From Chthoniobacterales bacterium (GTDB lineage: Bacteria > Verrucomicrobiota > Verrucomicrobiia > Chthoniobacterales > JACTMZ01): a stretch of 64,000 nucleotides of DNA. A model generated the notes under the pieces. That model was not told the origin of the DNA. It worked only from the letters and a program-made list of their open reading frames with translations, and searched no databases. Below, in pieces: positions 38,382 to 47,492 of this stretch. The DNA is taken from the NCBI GenBank assembly GCA_044359955.1, contig JBIKLF010000005.1, positions 54,843 to 118,842 on the forward strand. Reading direction: 5' to 3'. Numbering within the stretch: the stretch's first letter is position 1; each line of letters opens with the position of its first letter. Both the position numbers and the translations under genes were made by a program.

Positions 38382-39344
38382 TCACGCCGAGGCCTGCCCG
38401 CTGATCTGCCCATCCTCGCGGTAGGCGGAGTCGGGCACCGCGCGCAGATTTTTGATGATCCCGAGCCAAGAGAGCACCTTGAGCGTGTAGTAAGTCGGGT
38501 CGAACTCCCACCAGTAGAAACCCTGCCGCGCGGCGGCCTGATACCGGTGGTGGTTGTTGTGCCATCCCTCACCCAGCGTGATGAAGGCGAGGATCATGCT
38601 GTTGCGGCTGTCATCTTTCGTGTCATAGCGCTTCCTGCCCAGCACGTGGGCCAGCGAGTTGATGCACGATGTGCCGTGGAAAAGGAAGGTCGTGCTGATG
38701 AAGAAACCCCAGACCAGCATCTGCAGCGGCGTGGTGCCGAACAACGGGAAAAACGCCTGCAAAAACCAGCCCCACCCGAGCATGACGATGGCGAGGAAGA
38801 TCGGCCCGATCAGATCGAAGCGGTTGAGGAAAACCAACTCGGGATACTTGGCGAGGTCTTTGATCCGCGAGTAGTCGGTCGGGAAATTGCAACTGCTGGT
38901 GATCCAGCCGATGTGAGACCAGAGGAAGCCCTGCACGCCGGGCGAATGAAAATCCTCTTCTTCGTCCGAGTGCTTGTGATGATGCCGATGCACCCACGCC
39001 CACCAAAGCGGACCGCGCTGCGTGCAGGTCAGACCAAGGAACGCGACAATGAATTGTCCGGCCCGCGAAATCTGGAACGTCTTGTGGCTGAAATACCGGT
39101 GGTAAAAACCGGTGACGAGGAACATCCGCGCGAAGTAAAGAAACACCGCGGTGGCCACCGCGATCCAACTCCACCCGGTCCAGATAACCCCGAGGCAGCC
39201 GAGGTGCAGGATGATGAAGGGCACCAGACGCCGCCACTCCATGCGCTCGGGCTGGTTGCGGATCACTTCCGCGTCGCCCTCGAAATAATCGCTGTCGAGG
39301 CAGTTGATGATCCGGCGGAGCGGTGAAACGGAGGCGGCAGTCAT
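38382..39344 (-). CDS. acyl-CoA/acyl-lipid (delta-9-type) fatty acid desaturase
   Basis: Three histidine boxes HRYFSH, HRHHHKHSD and HNNHHRY, with four TM segments. Confidence 0.9.
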   Translation of the reverse strand: MTAASVSPLRRIINCLDSDYFEGDAEVIRNQPERMEWRRLVPFIILHLGCLGVIWTGWSWIAVATAVFLYFARMFLVTGFYHRYFSHKTFQISRAGQFIVAFLGLTCTQRGPLWWAWVHRHHHKHSDEEEDFHSPGVQGFLWSHIGWITSSCNFPTDYSRIKDLAKYPELVFLNRFDLIGPIFLAIVMLGWGWFLQAFFPLFGTTPLQMLVWGFFISTTFLFHGTSCINSLAHVLGRKRYDTKDDSRNSMILAFITLGEGWHNNHHRYQAAARQGFYWWEFDPTYYTLKVLSWLGIIKNLRAVPDSAYREDGQISGQASA

Positions 39345-39348
39345 GACT

Positions 39349-40239
39349 TTACTCTTGGGCCAAACCTAGCTGCCCAAGGAGACGCTGCAAGTCGTCGTTC
39401 CCGTAATACTCGATGAGAATCCGGCCTTTGTCCTCGCCATGATGGACTTCCACGCGGGTCGAAAGATGCTGCTGCAGGCGGTTTTCCAGATGCTGAACGG
39501 CAGCCGAGGCGGCGCGCTTTTGACGGGTGCGTCCTTTCCGGACCACGCCATCTTGGGTCAGGGTGGTATTGACCAGATCCTCGGTGGCGCGCACCGAGAG
39601 ATTTTTCCGCATGACTTGCCCGGCCACGTTGCGCTGCTCCTCGGCCGTGCGTAGCCCGAGCAGGGCCTTGGCATGTCCGACACTGAGGCGACCTTGCACC
39701 AAGTGCGTCTGCAATTCTCCGTCCAACTCGAGCAAGCGCATGGTGTTGGCCACCGCGGCGCGGCTTTTGCCGACTTTTTTGGCGATCTCGTCTTGGCGCA
39801 GTTTGAATTCCTCGGCCAGACGCTTGTAGGCCTGCGCTTCCTCGATCGGGTTGAGATCCTCGCGCTGCAGGTTCTCGACCAGCGCGAACTCGAGCACCTC
39901 GAGGTCGGTGGCGTCGCGGACGATGACCGGAACCTCTTTGCGTCCCGCTTGCCCCGCGGCGCGCCAACGGCGTTCACCGGCGATGAGTTCGAGGAGTCCA
40001 TTGACCCGGCGCACAATGAGCGGCTGAATGATGCCGTTCTCACGGATGGAAGCGACAAGCTCGGCCAAATGATCCGCCGAAAACGTGGTGCGCGGTTGCA
40101 GCGGACTGGGCACGACCTGCGTGAGCGCAACCGACTGCACCCGCTCGCCCGCCGCTTCCGCCGCGGCGACCGCTTCAGCGGCTGTTTTGGCCGGAGCGAT
40201 GAGTGCGCCGAGTCCGCGTCCGAGTGCTGGTTTGGCCAT
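39349..40239 (-). CDS. parB: ParB/Spo0J chromosome partitioning protein
   Basis: From ATG 40239: KPALGRGLGALI, GIIQPLIVR, IAGERRWRAA (CTP-binding box), HTH region QDEIAKKVGKSRAAVANTMRLL. Confidence 0.9.
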   Translation of the reverse strand: MAKPALGRGLGALIAPAKTAAEAVAAAEAAGERVQSVALTQVVPSPLQPRTTFSADHLAELVASIRENGIIQPLIVRRVNGLLELIAGERRWRAAGQAGRKEVPVIVRDATDLEVLEFALVENLQREDLNPIEEAQAYKRLAEEFKLRQDEIAKKVGKSRAAVANTMRLLELDGELQTHLVQGRLSVGHAKALLGLRTAEEQRNVAGQVMRKNLSVRATEDLVNTTLTQDGVVRKGRTRQKRAASAAVQHLENRLQQHLSTRVEVHHGEDKGRILIEYYGNDDLQRLLGQLGLAQE

Positions 40240-40339
40240 GACCCTTGATCCTAGCGAAGGTGCCGCCCCGATGGGAAGCGTCGGCATGGGCCCAAGACCC
40301 CACTGGCCTCCGGGCGGGTGGTGCGTCTATAAAAGAGCG

Positions 40340-41011
40340 ATGTCGCATCTCTTCGGCCGGCTCTCCCTCTGGATCGACCCGGTGCCGCGCGATGGACCCG
40401 CTCAGATGGCCTGCGACGAGGTGCTCTTGGCCCACGCCCGGGGGCCGCTGCTCCGGGTTTTCCGATGGACCGGGCCATGGGTGAGTATCGGATACTTTGT
40501 TCCGTGGCGGGAGGCCGCGGCAACCCGGCCCGGTTGGCCCGTTTGCCGCCGTTGGACCGGCGGGGGCGTGGTGGTGCACGACGGAGATTTCACCTTCTCG
40601 TTGGTCGCGCCGCGCACCGAGTCGTGGTCGGTGCTACGGCCTGACGAAAGCTACCGCGTGCTGCACCTCGCGCTCGCTTCAGCACTCCATGATGCCGGAT
40701 GCGAGGCGGTTCTTTTCCAGGGCGAGGCGCAGGGTGCCGCGGCCTGCTTTGCCGGACCCGTCCGTTACGATGTGGTGGACGGAACTCGCAAGGTCGCGGG
40801 AGGAGCGCAGCGGCGCACCAAACGCGGACTCCTCCACCAAGGATCGGTCCGGCAGTCAGGCCTCGAAGCCGGGTTCGGTCAACGTCTCGCCGCCACCTTG
40901 GCTGCGGAAACCGAGTCGTGGACCCCCCCGGAGAGTTTCGAGGCGGAGACGACCGACCTGGAGACTTCCAAATACGGACGGGACGAGTTCCTGCGGAAGG
41001 AACAGCCTTGA
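40340..41011 (+). CDS. biotin/lipoate A/B protein ligase family protein (LplA/LipB-like)
   Basis: From ATG 40340: VSIGYF, RRWTGGGVVVHDGDFTFS, KVAGGAQRRTKRGLLHQGSV (catalytic Lys context). Confidence 0.75.
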   Translation: MSHLFGRLSLWIDPVPRDGPAQMACDEVLLAHARGPLLRVFRWTGPWVSIGYFVPWREAAATRPGWPVCRRWTGGGVVVHDGDFTFSLVAPRTESWSVLRPDESYRVLHLALASALHDAGCEAVLFQGEAQGAAACFAGPVRYDVVDGTRKVAGGAQRRTKRGLLHQGSVRQSGLEAGFGQRLAATLAAETESWTPPESFEAETTDLETSKYGRDEFLRKEQP

Positions 41012-41084
41012 GCAAAATCTCGCACTGCGGCAACGTGCCTGGAGATTCGCCCGCGCTTTGTCGCGCCCGAGCGCAAGTGTCGCC

Positions 41085-42227
41085 ATGAAAAAACCGATCA
41101 AATCCGCGGTCAAAAGCGCGAAAGCGAAAACCAAAAAAGCACCGGCCAAAAGCAAGATGGTCACCGCAAGCCGGAAGTCCGCGAAGATCACCAAAGACGT
41201 CCGTCAAGCCGCCGCCCGAAAACCGGCCCCACGGACTCGCGCCAAGAAAATGGCTGGCGCGAACATTGACCATCTCGGTGACCTTCCTCGCAGCTACGGC
41301 GAAGAAGGCATTTTCGTGGTCGCGCAGGAACCGCATTGGCTTTTTTGTTATTGGGATTACACGCTGACCGAAGGCGTCAAGGACACCATCTTCCTGCGCC
41401 ACGGTCGGGAGGGCGCGGATCGCCCGGAGGCCGAAGTGCCCGTGCCTTCGGAAACCAACAGTTGGTATCTCGCCGTGCGCGAGACCGATGCGGACTATTA
41501 TGTCGAACTCGGGCACTACAATGGGGGCCATTGGAAGACACTCGCCCGCAGCGGCACCGTGCTCACCCCGCGCGACACCATGACCGGATTCGGCGAGCCC
41601 GTTTTCGCCAACATGCCCTTTCATTCCAACTTCCAACAACTCGTGGAGAAAATCCGCGGCACGATGCGCGAGGGCGAAAGCCTGGCCGATGCCCTGGCCC
41701 GTCTTCAAGGACACGGTGCAGGGCCGATCGGACGACTGACCCCGGCCAGTCTTTTTTCCGGCGGGTTCGCCCTATCGTCGTGGGCCTCGGCGCCCGGCGG
41801 GTCACCGGGAGGCTTCCTGGCCGCACTCGGGATCTCCGGCGCATCGTGGGAAAGCGCGCCGGGCAACTGGTCTTCCGCCGCACTCTCGGGTCGGGGGGCA
41901 CCAAGTAGCTGGTCGTCGAGTTGGCACGGAGGCCGCGAGTTCTTCATGCACCTCAATGCCGAGGTCATCTTCTACGGCGGCACCCATCCCGACGCCAAGG
42001 TGACCGTCGACGGAAAGGAAATCATGATCCGCCCCGATGGAACGTTCCGTTACCACTTCGTCCTGCCCGACGGCGCCTTCGAGATTCCCGTCGTGGCCAC
42101 TTCACCCGACGGCGCGGAAACACGGCGCGGCGTGCTGCGCTTCGAGCGCTCGACCACGCGCGAGGGGGATGTCGCCTCCACCACGCAGCCACCGCTCGGT
42201 GTGCCGATGGGGCGCAAACGTTCCTGA
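41085..42227 (+). CDS. DUF4912 domain-containing protein with a lysine-rich N-terminal tail
   Basis: From ATG 41085: K/A-rich 50 aa, then LPRSYGEEGIFVVAQEPHWLFCYWDY (DUF4912-like core), a Ser/Trp-rich low-complexity segment and a C-terminal beta-rich domain. Confidence 0.7.
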   Translation: MKKPIKSAVKSAKAKTKKAPAKSKMVTASRKSAKITKDVRQAAARKPAPRTRAKKMAGANIDHLGDLPRSYGEEGIFVVAQEPHWLFCYWDYTLTEGVKDTIFLRHGREGADRPEAEVPVPSETNSWYLAVRETDADYYVELGHYNGGHWKTLARSGTVLTPRDTMTGFGEPVFANMPFHSNFQQLVEKIRGTMREGESLADALARLQGHGAGPIGRLTPASLFSGGFALSSWASAPGGSPGGFLAALGISGASWESAPGNWSSAALSGRGAPSSWSSSWHGGREFFMHLNAEVIFYGGTHPDAKVTVDGKEIMIRPDGTFRYHFVLPDGAFEIPVVATSPDGAETRRGVLRFERSTTREGDVASTTQPPLGVPMGRKRS

Positions 42228-42283
42228 ATCGCTACCGCAGACCGGGATTCCCGTCCGCCACGGCGCGAGTTAATCTGTTCCCC

Positions 42284-43177
42284 GTGCCTGCTCCCGACGA
42301 TCCCCTCGCGCCGGCTTATCTCGATTACCTGCGCGACGAACGCAACGCCTCGCCGCGCACCGTGAGCAACTACGACCGCGCCTTGACTGCCGCGGCCGGA
42401 TTCCTCGGTGAAAAGTCCTGGCCCGAGGCCACGGCCGATGATTTCCGCGCTTACCTCTTCGCCCTCATGAAGCGCGATCGCGCGCGGGCCACCATCCGTC
42501 TCGACTTTGCTGCGCTGCGCAGCTTTTACCGCTTTCTCTGCGAGCGAAAAAGTCTCGCCGCCAACCCGCTCATGGCCGTCTCGCTGCCCAAAGCTGAGAA
42601 ACGTCTTCCGGGCTTCCTCACCACCACGCAGATCGATGCCCTGCTGCGGTCCCCACATGAGGCGAAGCGCGCGAAACAGGCGCCGGATTGGCTGCCCTGG
42701 CGCGATGCCGCCATCCTCGAATTGTTCTATTCCAGCGGACTGCGTCTCGCCGAGTTGGCGGCCCTCGAGGTGAACGATATCGACCCTTACAACGAATCGG
42801 TCCGGGTCCTCGGCAAAGGGTCCAAGGAACGCATCGTGCCCGTGGGCCAGCCCGCTCTCGAAGCCATCCAGCATTACCGTCAGCGGGCCAAGGTGCAGTC
42901 CGGACCGCTCTTCCTGAGCAAGCTGCGCCAGCGGCTTGGTCCCACTTCAATCTGGTCGCTGGTCAAAAAATACCTCCGGCTCGCGCAGATACCCGTTCCG
43001 GCCAGCCCGCACAAACTCCGCCACAGCTTCGCCACGCATCTCCTCGATGCCGGCGCCGACCTCCGCAGCGTGCAAAGCATGCTCGGACACGCCAGCCTCT
43101 CCACCACCCAAATCTACACGCACGTGACGACCGAAAGACTCAAGAAAGCTTACGATCAGGCGCACCCGCGAGCGTAA
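42284..43177 (+). CDS. tyrosine recombinase XerC/XerD family
   Basis: Core-binding domain YLDYLRDERNASPRTVSNYDRAL. Catalytic ELFYSSGLRLAEL, HKLRHSFATHLL, LGHASLSTTQIYTHV. Start guessed at GTG 42284. Confidence 0.85.
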   Translation: MPAPDDPLAPAYLDYLRDERNASPRTVSNYDRALTAAAGFLGEKSWPEATADDFRAYLFALMKRDRARATIRLDFAALRSFYRFLCERKSLAANPLMAVSLPKAEKRLPGFLTTTQIDALLRSPHEAKRAKQAPDWLPWRDAAILELFYSSGLRLAELAALEVNDIDPYNESVRVLGKGSKERIVPVGQPALEAIQHYRQRAKVQSGPLFLSKLRQRLGPTSIWSLVKKYLRLAQIPVPASPHKLRHSFATHLLDAGADLRSVQSMLGHASLSTTQIYTHVTTERLKKAYDQAHPRA

Positions 43178-43605
43178 AACCAGACCAAACCCGCCGAGCG
43201 CGCGGTCCACAAAACCGTGCGCAGCCAGTTGCCGTTGACAAGGGCCCGGACCAATTCCGGACGCGCCCCCTCGCGCGACAACCGCCCGTGCAAAGGCCCC
43301 TGCCACAAGGCAGTCGACAACCAGATGACCAACAACAGAGCCAACATGGTCCGCCAAAACCAAAGGGGCTCGCCGGCGAAGGCCAACAAGACCGCGGTGA
43401 ACAATTCGAGGACCATGAGCGGTCCGACCACCGCGCCGATGGAGCGGCAATGATGCCGGTGGAAATCACCGAATTCCGCCGCGCCAACCCGGGTAAAGGC
43501 CGGGTATTGGACAAACTGCACCAGCCAAATGAGGCCGGACAGGCCGAAGGTCGCCGCCGCTTGGAGGGCCTGTGCCCACGCCAGCCATTCGGGCGCGCCA
43601 CTCAT
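43156..43605 (-). CDS. hypothetical four-TM membrane protein (DUF1772-like?)
   Basis: From ATG 43605, four hydrophobic segments. The family call is tentative. The 3' end overlaps the convergent recombinase gene by 22 nt. Confidence 0.5.
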   Translation of the reverse strand: MSGAPEWLAWAQALQAAATFGLSGLIWLVQFVQYPAFTRVGAAEFGDFHRHHCRSIGAVVGPLMVLELFTAVLLAFAGEPLWFWRTMLALLLVIWLSTALWQGPLHGRLSREGARPELVRALVNGNWLRTVLWTARSAGLVWFYARGCA

Positions 43606-43618
43606 GCGCGCGGCAGCC

Positions 43619-44227
43619 TCAGTTGACCACGCGCACCGGCGTGCCCTGCGAAACGTTGGCGAAGAAAATCTGCGCCATGCGCTCGGGCATGCGCACACAA
43701 CCATGCGAGGCCGCAAAGCCCGGGAGAAATCCGGCATGCAAGCCGTAGCCGCCGTGGAAACGCAAAAAATAGGGCATGGGCGCCCCGCGGAATGAGGTGC
43801 CCGGCGGCTTGGGATCGCGCTTCACTCCAACATTGGCCACCATGACATTGCCGCCCTGATCGACGTAGTCCCCGTAAAGATTCGACACGTGGTCTTTGCT
43901 TTTCTGGATGATTTTGTATTGACCGGACGGTGTGCGGTAGCCTTCGCGGCCGGAGGAAATCATCGAGACCCCGACGAGGCGCCCGTCCTTGTAAAAGAAC
44001 GCTTTCTGCTCGCCCAAATCGATGGTGATCGAGGGATTTCCGGACACTCCATCCCCGTCCCAGTAGGACACTGTGTCGTTGATGCCGACATTCGACGGCT
44101 TGGCCACCACGTCGCCGCCGGACGTGAGGTAGCGGGTCGTGGAACTGGTCAGACGCCGGTCATGTGTCGCGCATCCGGCCAAAACCGCGAGCAACAGGCA
44201 GAAGCCGAGTCGCATAATGGTGTTCAT
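43619..44227 (-). CDS. L,D-transpeptidase (YkuD domain) lipoprotein
   Basis: From ATG 44227: lipobox LLAVLAGC. YkuD core ISSGREGYRTPSGQYKI ... HAGFLPGFAASHGCVRM (catalytic His/Cys). Confidence 0.85.
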   Translation of the reverse strand: MNTIMRLGFCLLLAVLAGCATHDRRLTSSTTRYLTSGGDVVAKPSNVGINDTVSYWDGDGVSGNPSITIDLGEQKAFFYKDGRLVGVSMISSGREGYRTPSGQYKIIQKSKDHVSNLYGDYVDQGGNVMVANVGVKRDPKPPGTSFRGAPMPYFLRFHGGYGLHAGFLPGFAASHGCVRMPERMAQIFFANVSQGTPVRVVN

Positions 44228-44282
44228 AGCAGGCGTGGGAATAAAGCCTCTTGTCGGCGTCTGGTCAAACCCAAAGCACCGG

Positions 44283-44738
44283 TCAATGCGGACGCAAGAC
44301 GACCGTCGAAGCAGTCTCGGGGTGGCCGGCGAGCAGAGCCTCGACAGTGTAAACGCCCCCCACCGCCATCTCCCGAGTCGGCACGGCGACCTCATATTCG
44401 AGTCGCTCCCCGGGGTTGACCACAACCGAAGAGGCCGTGGCGGCAAAGCTGCGGTCCTCTGACCACAGAAAGAGCCTCTGACCGCCGGAACCTCGCATGG
44501 CAACTTCGAGGTGCTGCTCGGTCGGGAACTCCAAATGCAGCACCTGCCGCGAGGCATTGACCAAGGAGAAGACCACCCGGACGTCCCGGTGCAGGGACAG
44601 CCTGAATTCGCCGGGTTCGGCCTGCAGACTCGGTTGCAGGGCCGCCGCCGAGGTGACCCTCGTCGCGCCTTCCCGTTCGGCCGGCGCACAGGCCGCCACC
44701 ACCGCGGCCAAGATGATGGTGAGCCCCGCGCTTCGCAT
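44283..44738 (-). CDS. BsuPI-related putative proteinase inhibitor, lipoprotein
   Basis: Lipobox-like AAVVAAC. Pattern VVFSLVNASRQVLHLEFPTEQHLEVAM..GGQRLFLWSEDRSF...VNPGERLEYEV......GGVYTVEALL follows the BsuPI beta-sandwich consensus as I recall it. Confidence 0.5.
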   Translation of the reverse strand: MRSAGLTIILAAVVAACAPAEREGATRVTSAAALQPSLQAEPGEFRLSLHRDVRVVFSLVNASRQVLHLEFPTEQHLEVAMRGSGGQRLFLWSEDRSFAATASSVVVNPGERLEYEVAVPTREMAVGGVYTVEALLAGHPETASTVVLRPH

Positions 44739-44804
44739 GACCTGCGATTTAAGCGCGCCGCGCGCACGGTTGCAATTCCCCGCGCGCCCCGTTTACTTAT
44801 CCGC

Positions 44805-45272
44805 ATGCGCCACCCTTTTCTTTTCCTTTGCACGGCCGCCCTGCTCTGCACCGGCGGGGCCAAGAAGCCGACCGTCGAACTGCGCATCCATGGCGAAGGC
44901 ATCGCCGCCGAAGCCCCGACCTTCGCCTTTCCCGCCACCTTGCTTAACGGCCGCGAGACATTTCTCTCCCGTATGCCGCTGATCACGCAGCGCGAAATCC
45001 ACTCGGTCTTTCCGTTTGCGGCCGCGGACGGATCGCAGGGCGTCTACCTCAAACTCGACAACCACGGCTCCGGCCTGCTCAAGCAGCACACCATGGAAAG
45101 AAGCGGACGCCTGCTCGCCGTTTTTTTCAACGGCCGCCAGGTGAGCAATCTGGTCGTCGACCGGCCCGTCAATGATGGAATTGTCAGTATCCCGCGCGGA
45201 CTCGACAGCGCCGAGGTGGAGATGCTCACCGCGGCTTATCCGGTCATCGGCCAGAGCGGCCAGAAGCGATGA
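44805..45272 (+). CDS. hypothetical secreted/lipoprotein, possible SecD P1-head-like fold
   Basis: From ATG 44805: signal MRHPFLFLCTAALLCTG. The segment LLAVFFNGRQVSNLVVDRPVNDGIVSIPRGLDSAEVEMLTAAY resembles the SecD periplasmic head motif (weak). Confidence 0.5.
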   Translation: MRHPFLFLCTAALLCTGGAKKPTVELRIHGEGIAAEAPTFAFPATLLNGRETFLSRMPLITQREIHSVFPFAAADGSQGVYLKLDNHGSGLLKQHTMERSGRLLAVFFNGRQVSNLVVDRPVNDGIVSIPRGLDSAEVEMLTAAYPVIGQSGQKR

Positions 45273-46369
45273 TGAAAGTCTTCGCCGCCACGCTCCCCCT
45301 TCTTTTTCTCCTCGTCATCACCCCGGCGAGGCCCTTCTCCCCCGTGTTGCCCACGGACAACGATGCGCTTTTCCGAGGACAACCGGAAAAGTTTTACATG
45401 TATACGGACCGCGATTTCGAAGGCGTGAAAAGCCGGCCGTGGCAGGGCGGCAGCTACGGGTTCACCCGCAACCAGCAACGCGTGGGAGGGAACATCCTGC
45501 TGACCAAATTCCACGAGGGCATCGACGTGAGCCCCCTCCGTCGCGACGCATCCGGTCGACCGCTCGACGAGATTCGCGCCATCGAGGGAGGACGCGTTGT
45601 GCACGTCAGCGACGATGCGAAGGATTCCAACTATGGAAAACTCGTCGTGATCGAACACCGGGTCGAAGGCGCCCCCGTCTTCAGCGTGTATGCCCACCTC
45701 GCCACGATCGATGTGCGGCGCGGACAAACCATCGCGCCAGGCGACCGCATCGGCCTCCTCGGCTCCACCGGTGTCGGCCTCAACCAACGCCGCGCCCACC
45801 TGCATCTCGAGGTCGCCCTCCTCTGGCACGACCAATTCGAAAGCTGGCACCCCGCGAATTTCCCCTCGCCGAACAAACACGGACTCTACAACGGCATCAA
45901 TCTGATGGGCCTCGACGTTGCGGAATTCTACCTCCAGCAACGCAAAAAACCTTCCCTCACCCTCCCCCAATTCATCCGCCAACAAGAGCCGTTCTTCCGC
46001 GTCCGCATCCCGGAATCCCCCCACTTCCAACTCCCCCGCCGCTACCCCTGGCTGGTCAAAGGCAATGCCGCTGGCGCGCGCTCATGGCTGGTTTCGTTCA
46101 CCGCACCCGGGTTTCCCGTCCTGATCGAACCCTCGACCGAGGCCGCCTCCGCCCCGCGCGTCGAATGGGTCGCCCCGGCAAAATTCCCTTACGCCAAACT
46201 GACCCGCCGGTTGATCGACGGCTCGCGCCAGCAACCGCGCCTCGGGGAGAGCGGAGAAAAACTCATCGACCTCCTCACTTGGGATCCCGCCTCCCGACCG
46301 GCGCCCGAACCGCAACGCGGCTTGTCAGAAGACGCCGCCAACCTTAGGCTTTCGCCACCTGATGAGTGA
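45269..46369 (+). CDS. M23 family metallopeptidase
   Basis: Signal peptide. HEGIDV (HxxxD), [18 protein letters not shown] (HxH). ATGA overlap with the upstream gene. Confidence 0.85.
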   Translation: MMKVFAATLPLLFLLVITPARPFSPVLPTDNDALFRGQPEKFYMYTDRDFEGVKSRPWQGGSYGFTRNQQRVGGNILLTKFHEGIDVSPLRRDASGRPLDEIRAIEGGRVVHVSDDAKDSNYGKLVVIEHRVEGAPVFSVYAHLATIDVRRGQTIAPGDRIGLLGSTGVGLNQRRAHLHLEVALLWHDQFESWHPANFPSPNKHGLYNGINLMGLDVAEFYLQQRKKPSLTLPQFIRQQEPFFRVRIPESPHFQLPRRYPWLVKGNAAGARSWLVSFTAPGFPVLIEPSTEAASAPRVEWVAPAKFPYAKLTRRLIDGSRQQPRLGESGEKLIDLLTWDPASRPAPEPQRGLSEDAANLRLSPPDE

Positions 46370-46883
46370 CCGCAGCCCTTACGCCTACGATTCCAAAATC
46401 GAGGGCAACATCATCTTCACGCAACTCGACACCGCCATCAATTGGATGCGCAGTAACTCGCTCTGGCCCATGCCCATGGGCCTGGCCTGCTGCGCGATCG
46501 AACTCATGGCCGCGGGCGCCGCGCGTTTCGACATCGCCCGCTTTGGCGCGGAGGTCATGCGTTTCTCCCCCCGCCAAGCCGACGTCATGATCGTTGCCGG
46601 CACCGTGACCTACAAAATGGCCCTCGCAGTCAAACGGATCTACGACCAAATGGCCGAGCCGAAATGGGTCATTGCCATGGGCGCCTGCGCGTCCTCCGGC
46701 GGCATGTATCGGAGCTACGCCGTGCTCCAGGGCATCGATCATCTCATTCCGGTCGACGTCTACGTTTCCGGTTGCCCGCCCCGCCCCGAGGCCCTCCTCG
46801 ACGGCCTCATGCGCCTGCAGAAAAAAATCATGGGGGAACATTCTTTCCTCGAGCAGAAAAAAGAGCTGCTCGCCTCGATCTGA
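46362..46883 (+). CDS. nuoB: NADH-quinone oxidoreductase subunit B
   Basis: [18 protein letters not shown] and VSGCPPRPE supply the four N2-cluster cysteines, in a typical 173 aa. ATG 46362 overlaps the M23 gene end by 8 nt. Confidence 0.95.
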   Translation: MSDRSPYAYDSKIEGNIIFTQLDTAINWMRSNSLWPMPMGLACCAIELMAAGAARFDIARFGAEVMRFSPRQADVMIVAGTVTYKMALAVKRIYDQMAEPKWVIAMGACASSGGMYRSYAVLQGIDHLIPVDVYVSGCPPRPEALLDGLMRLQKKIMGEHSFLEQKKELLASI

Positions 46884-47492
46884 ATGAAGCTTCCCGACGT
46901 TGCCGAAGCTCTGTCCTCGCGATTCGGCGCGGGGGTAACCGGTCGCGTGGAATTCCGCGGCGAGACGACCTTATTGCTCCAACCCGCAGCCCTCCGCCCG
47001 GTCTGCGAATTCTGCCGCGACGAACTCGGTTTCAACATGCTTCTCGATATCTCGAGCATCGACCATTTCGAAAACGAACCGCGCTACGAAGTCGTCTACG
47101 AACTTTACTCGCTGGAGAACGGCCTTCACCTCCGCCTCAAGACGTCCGCCCCCGAGGACGAGCCCGAAGTCCCGACCGTCTGCGACCTCTGGCCGACCGC
47201 CAACTGGCACGAGCGCGAAGTGTGGGACATGATGGGCATCCGCTTCGCTCGCCATCCCGACCTCCGCCGCATCATCATGTGGGACGGCTACCCTTACCAT
47301 CCCCTGCGCAAAGATTTCCCGCTTGAAGGCAAATTCAGCGACGTGCCCGACGTTGCCTTCACCGAACCCGCCCCGCTGGCCGGCGGCCCGTTCGTCACCG
47401 CACCCGTCAAAGGCACCACCGAAGTCCGTGAGCCGCGCGCCCGTCGCGCCGGCGATCTCCCGCCCGAGCAGGCCTTCATCGCGGAACCTTGA
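46884..47492 (+). CDS. nuoC: NADH-quinone oxidoreductase subunit C
   Basis: LLDISSIDH, EPRYEVVYELYS, ANWHEREVWDMMGIRFARHPDLRRI: the NuoC signature. Starts 1 nt after the nuoB stop. Confidence 0.9.
   Translation: MKLPDVAEALSSRFGAGVTGRVEFRGETTLLLQPAALRPVCEFCRDELGFNMLLDISSIDHFENEPRYEVVYELYSLENGLHLRLKTSAPEDEPEVPTVCDLWPTANWHEREVWDMMGIRFARHPDLRRIIMWDGYPYHPLRKDFPLEGKFSDVPDVAFTEPAPLAGGPFVTAPVKGTTEVREPRARRAGDLPPEQAFIAEP

Noticed and set aside
39349-40340. A parS site (TGTTTCACGTGAAACA-like) in or near parB.
   Set aside because: Only isolated GTGAAAC/GTTTCAC half-sites were seen, near 39327, 15947 and 20644. None is palindromic. A by-eye scan could have missed degenerate sites.
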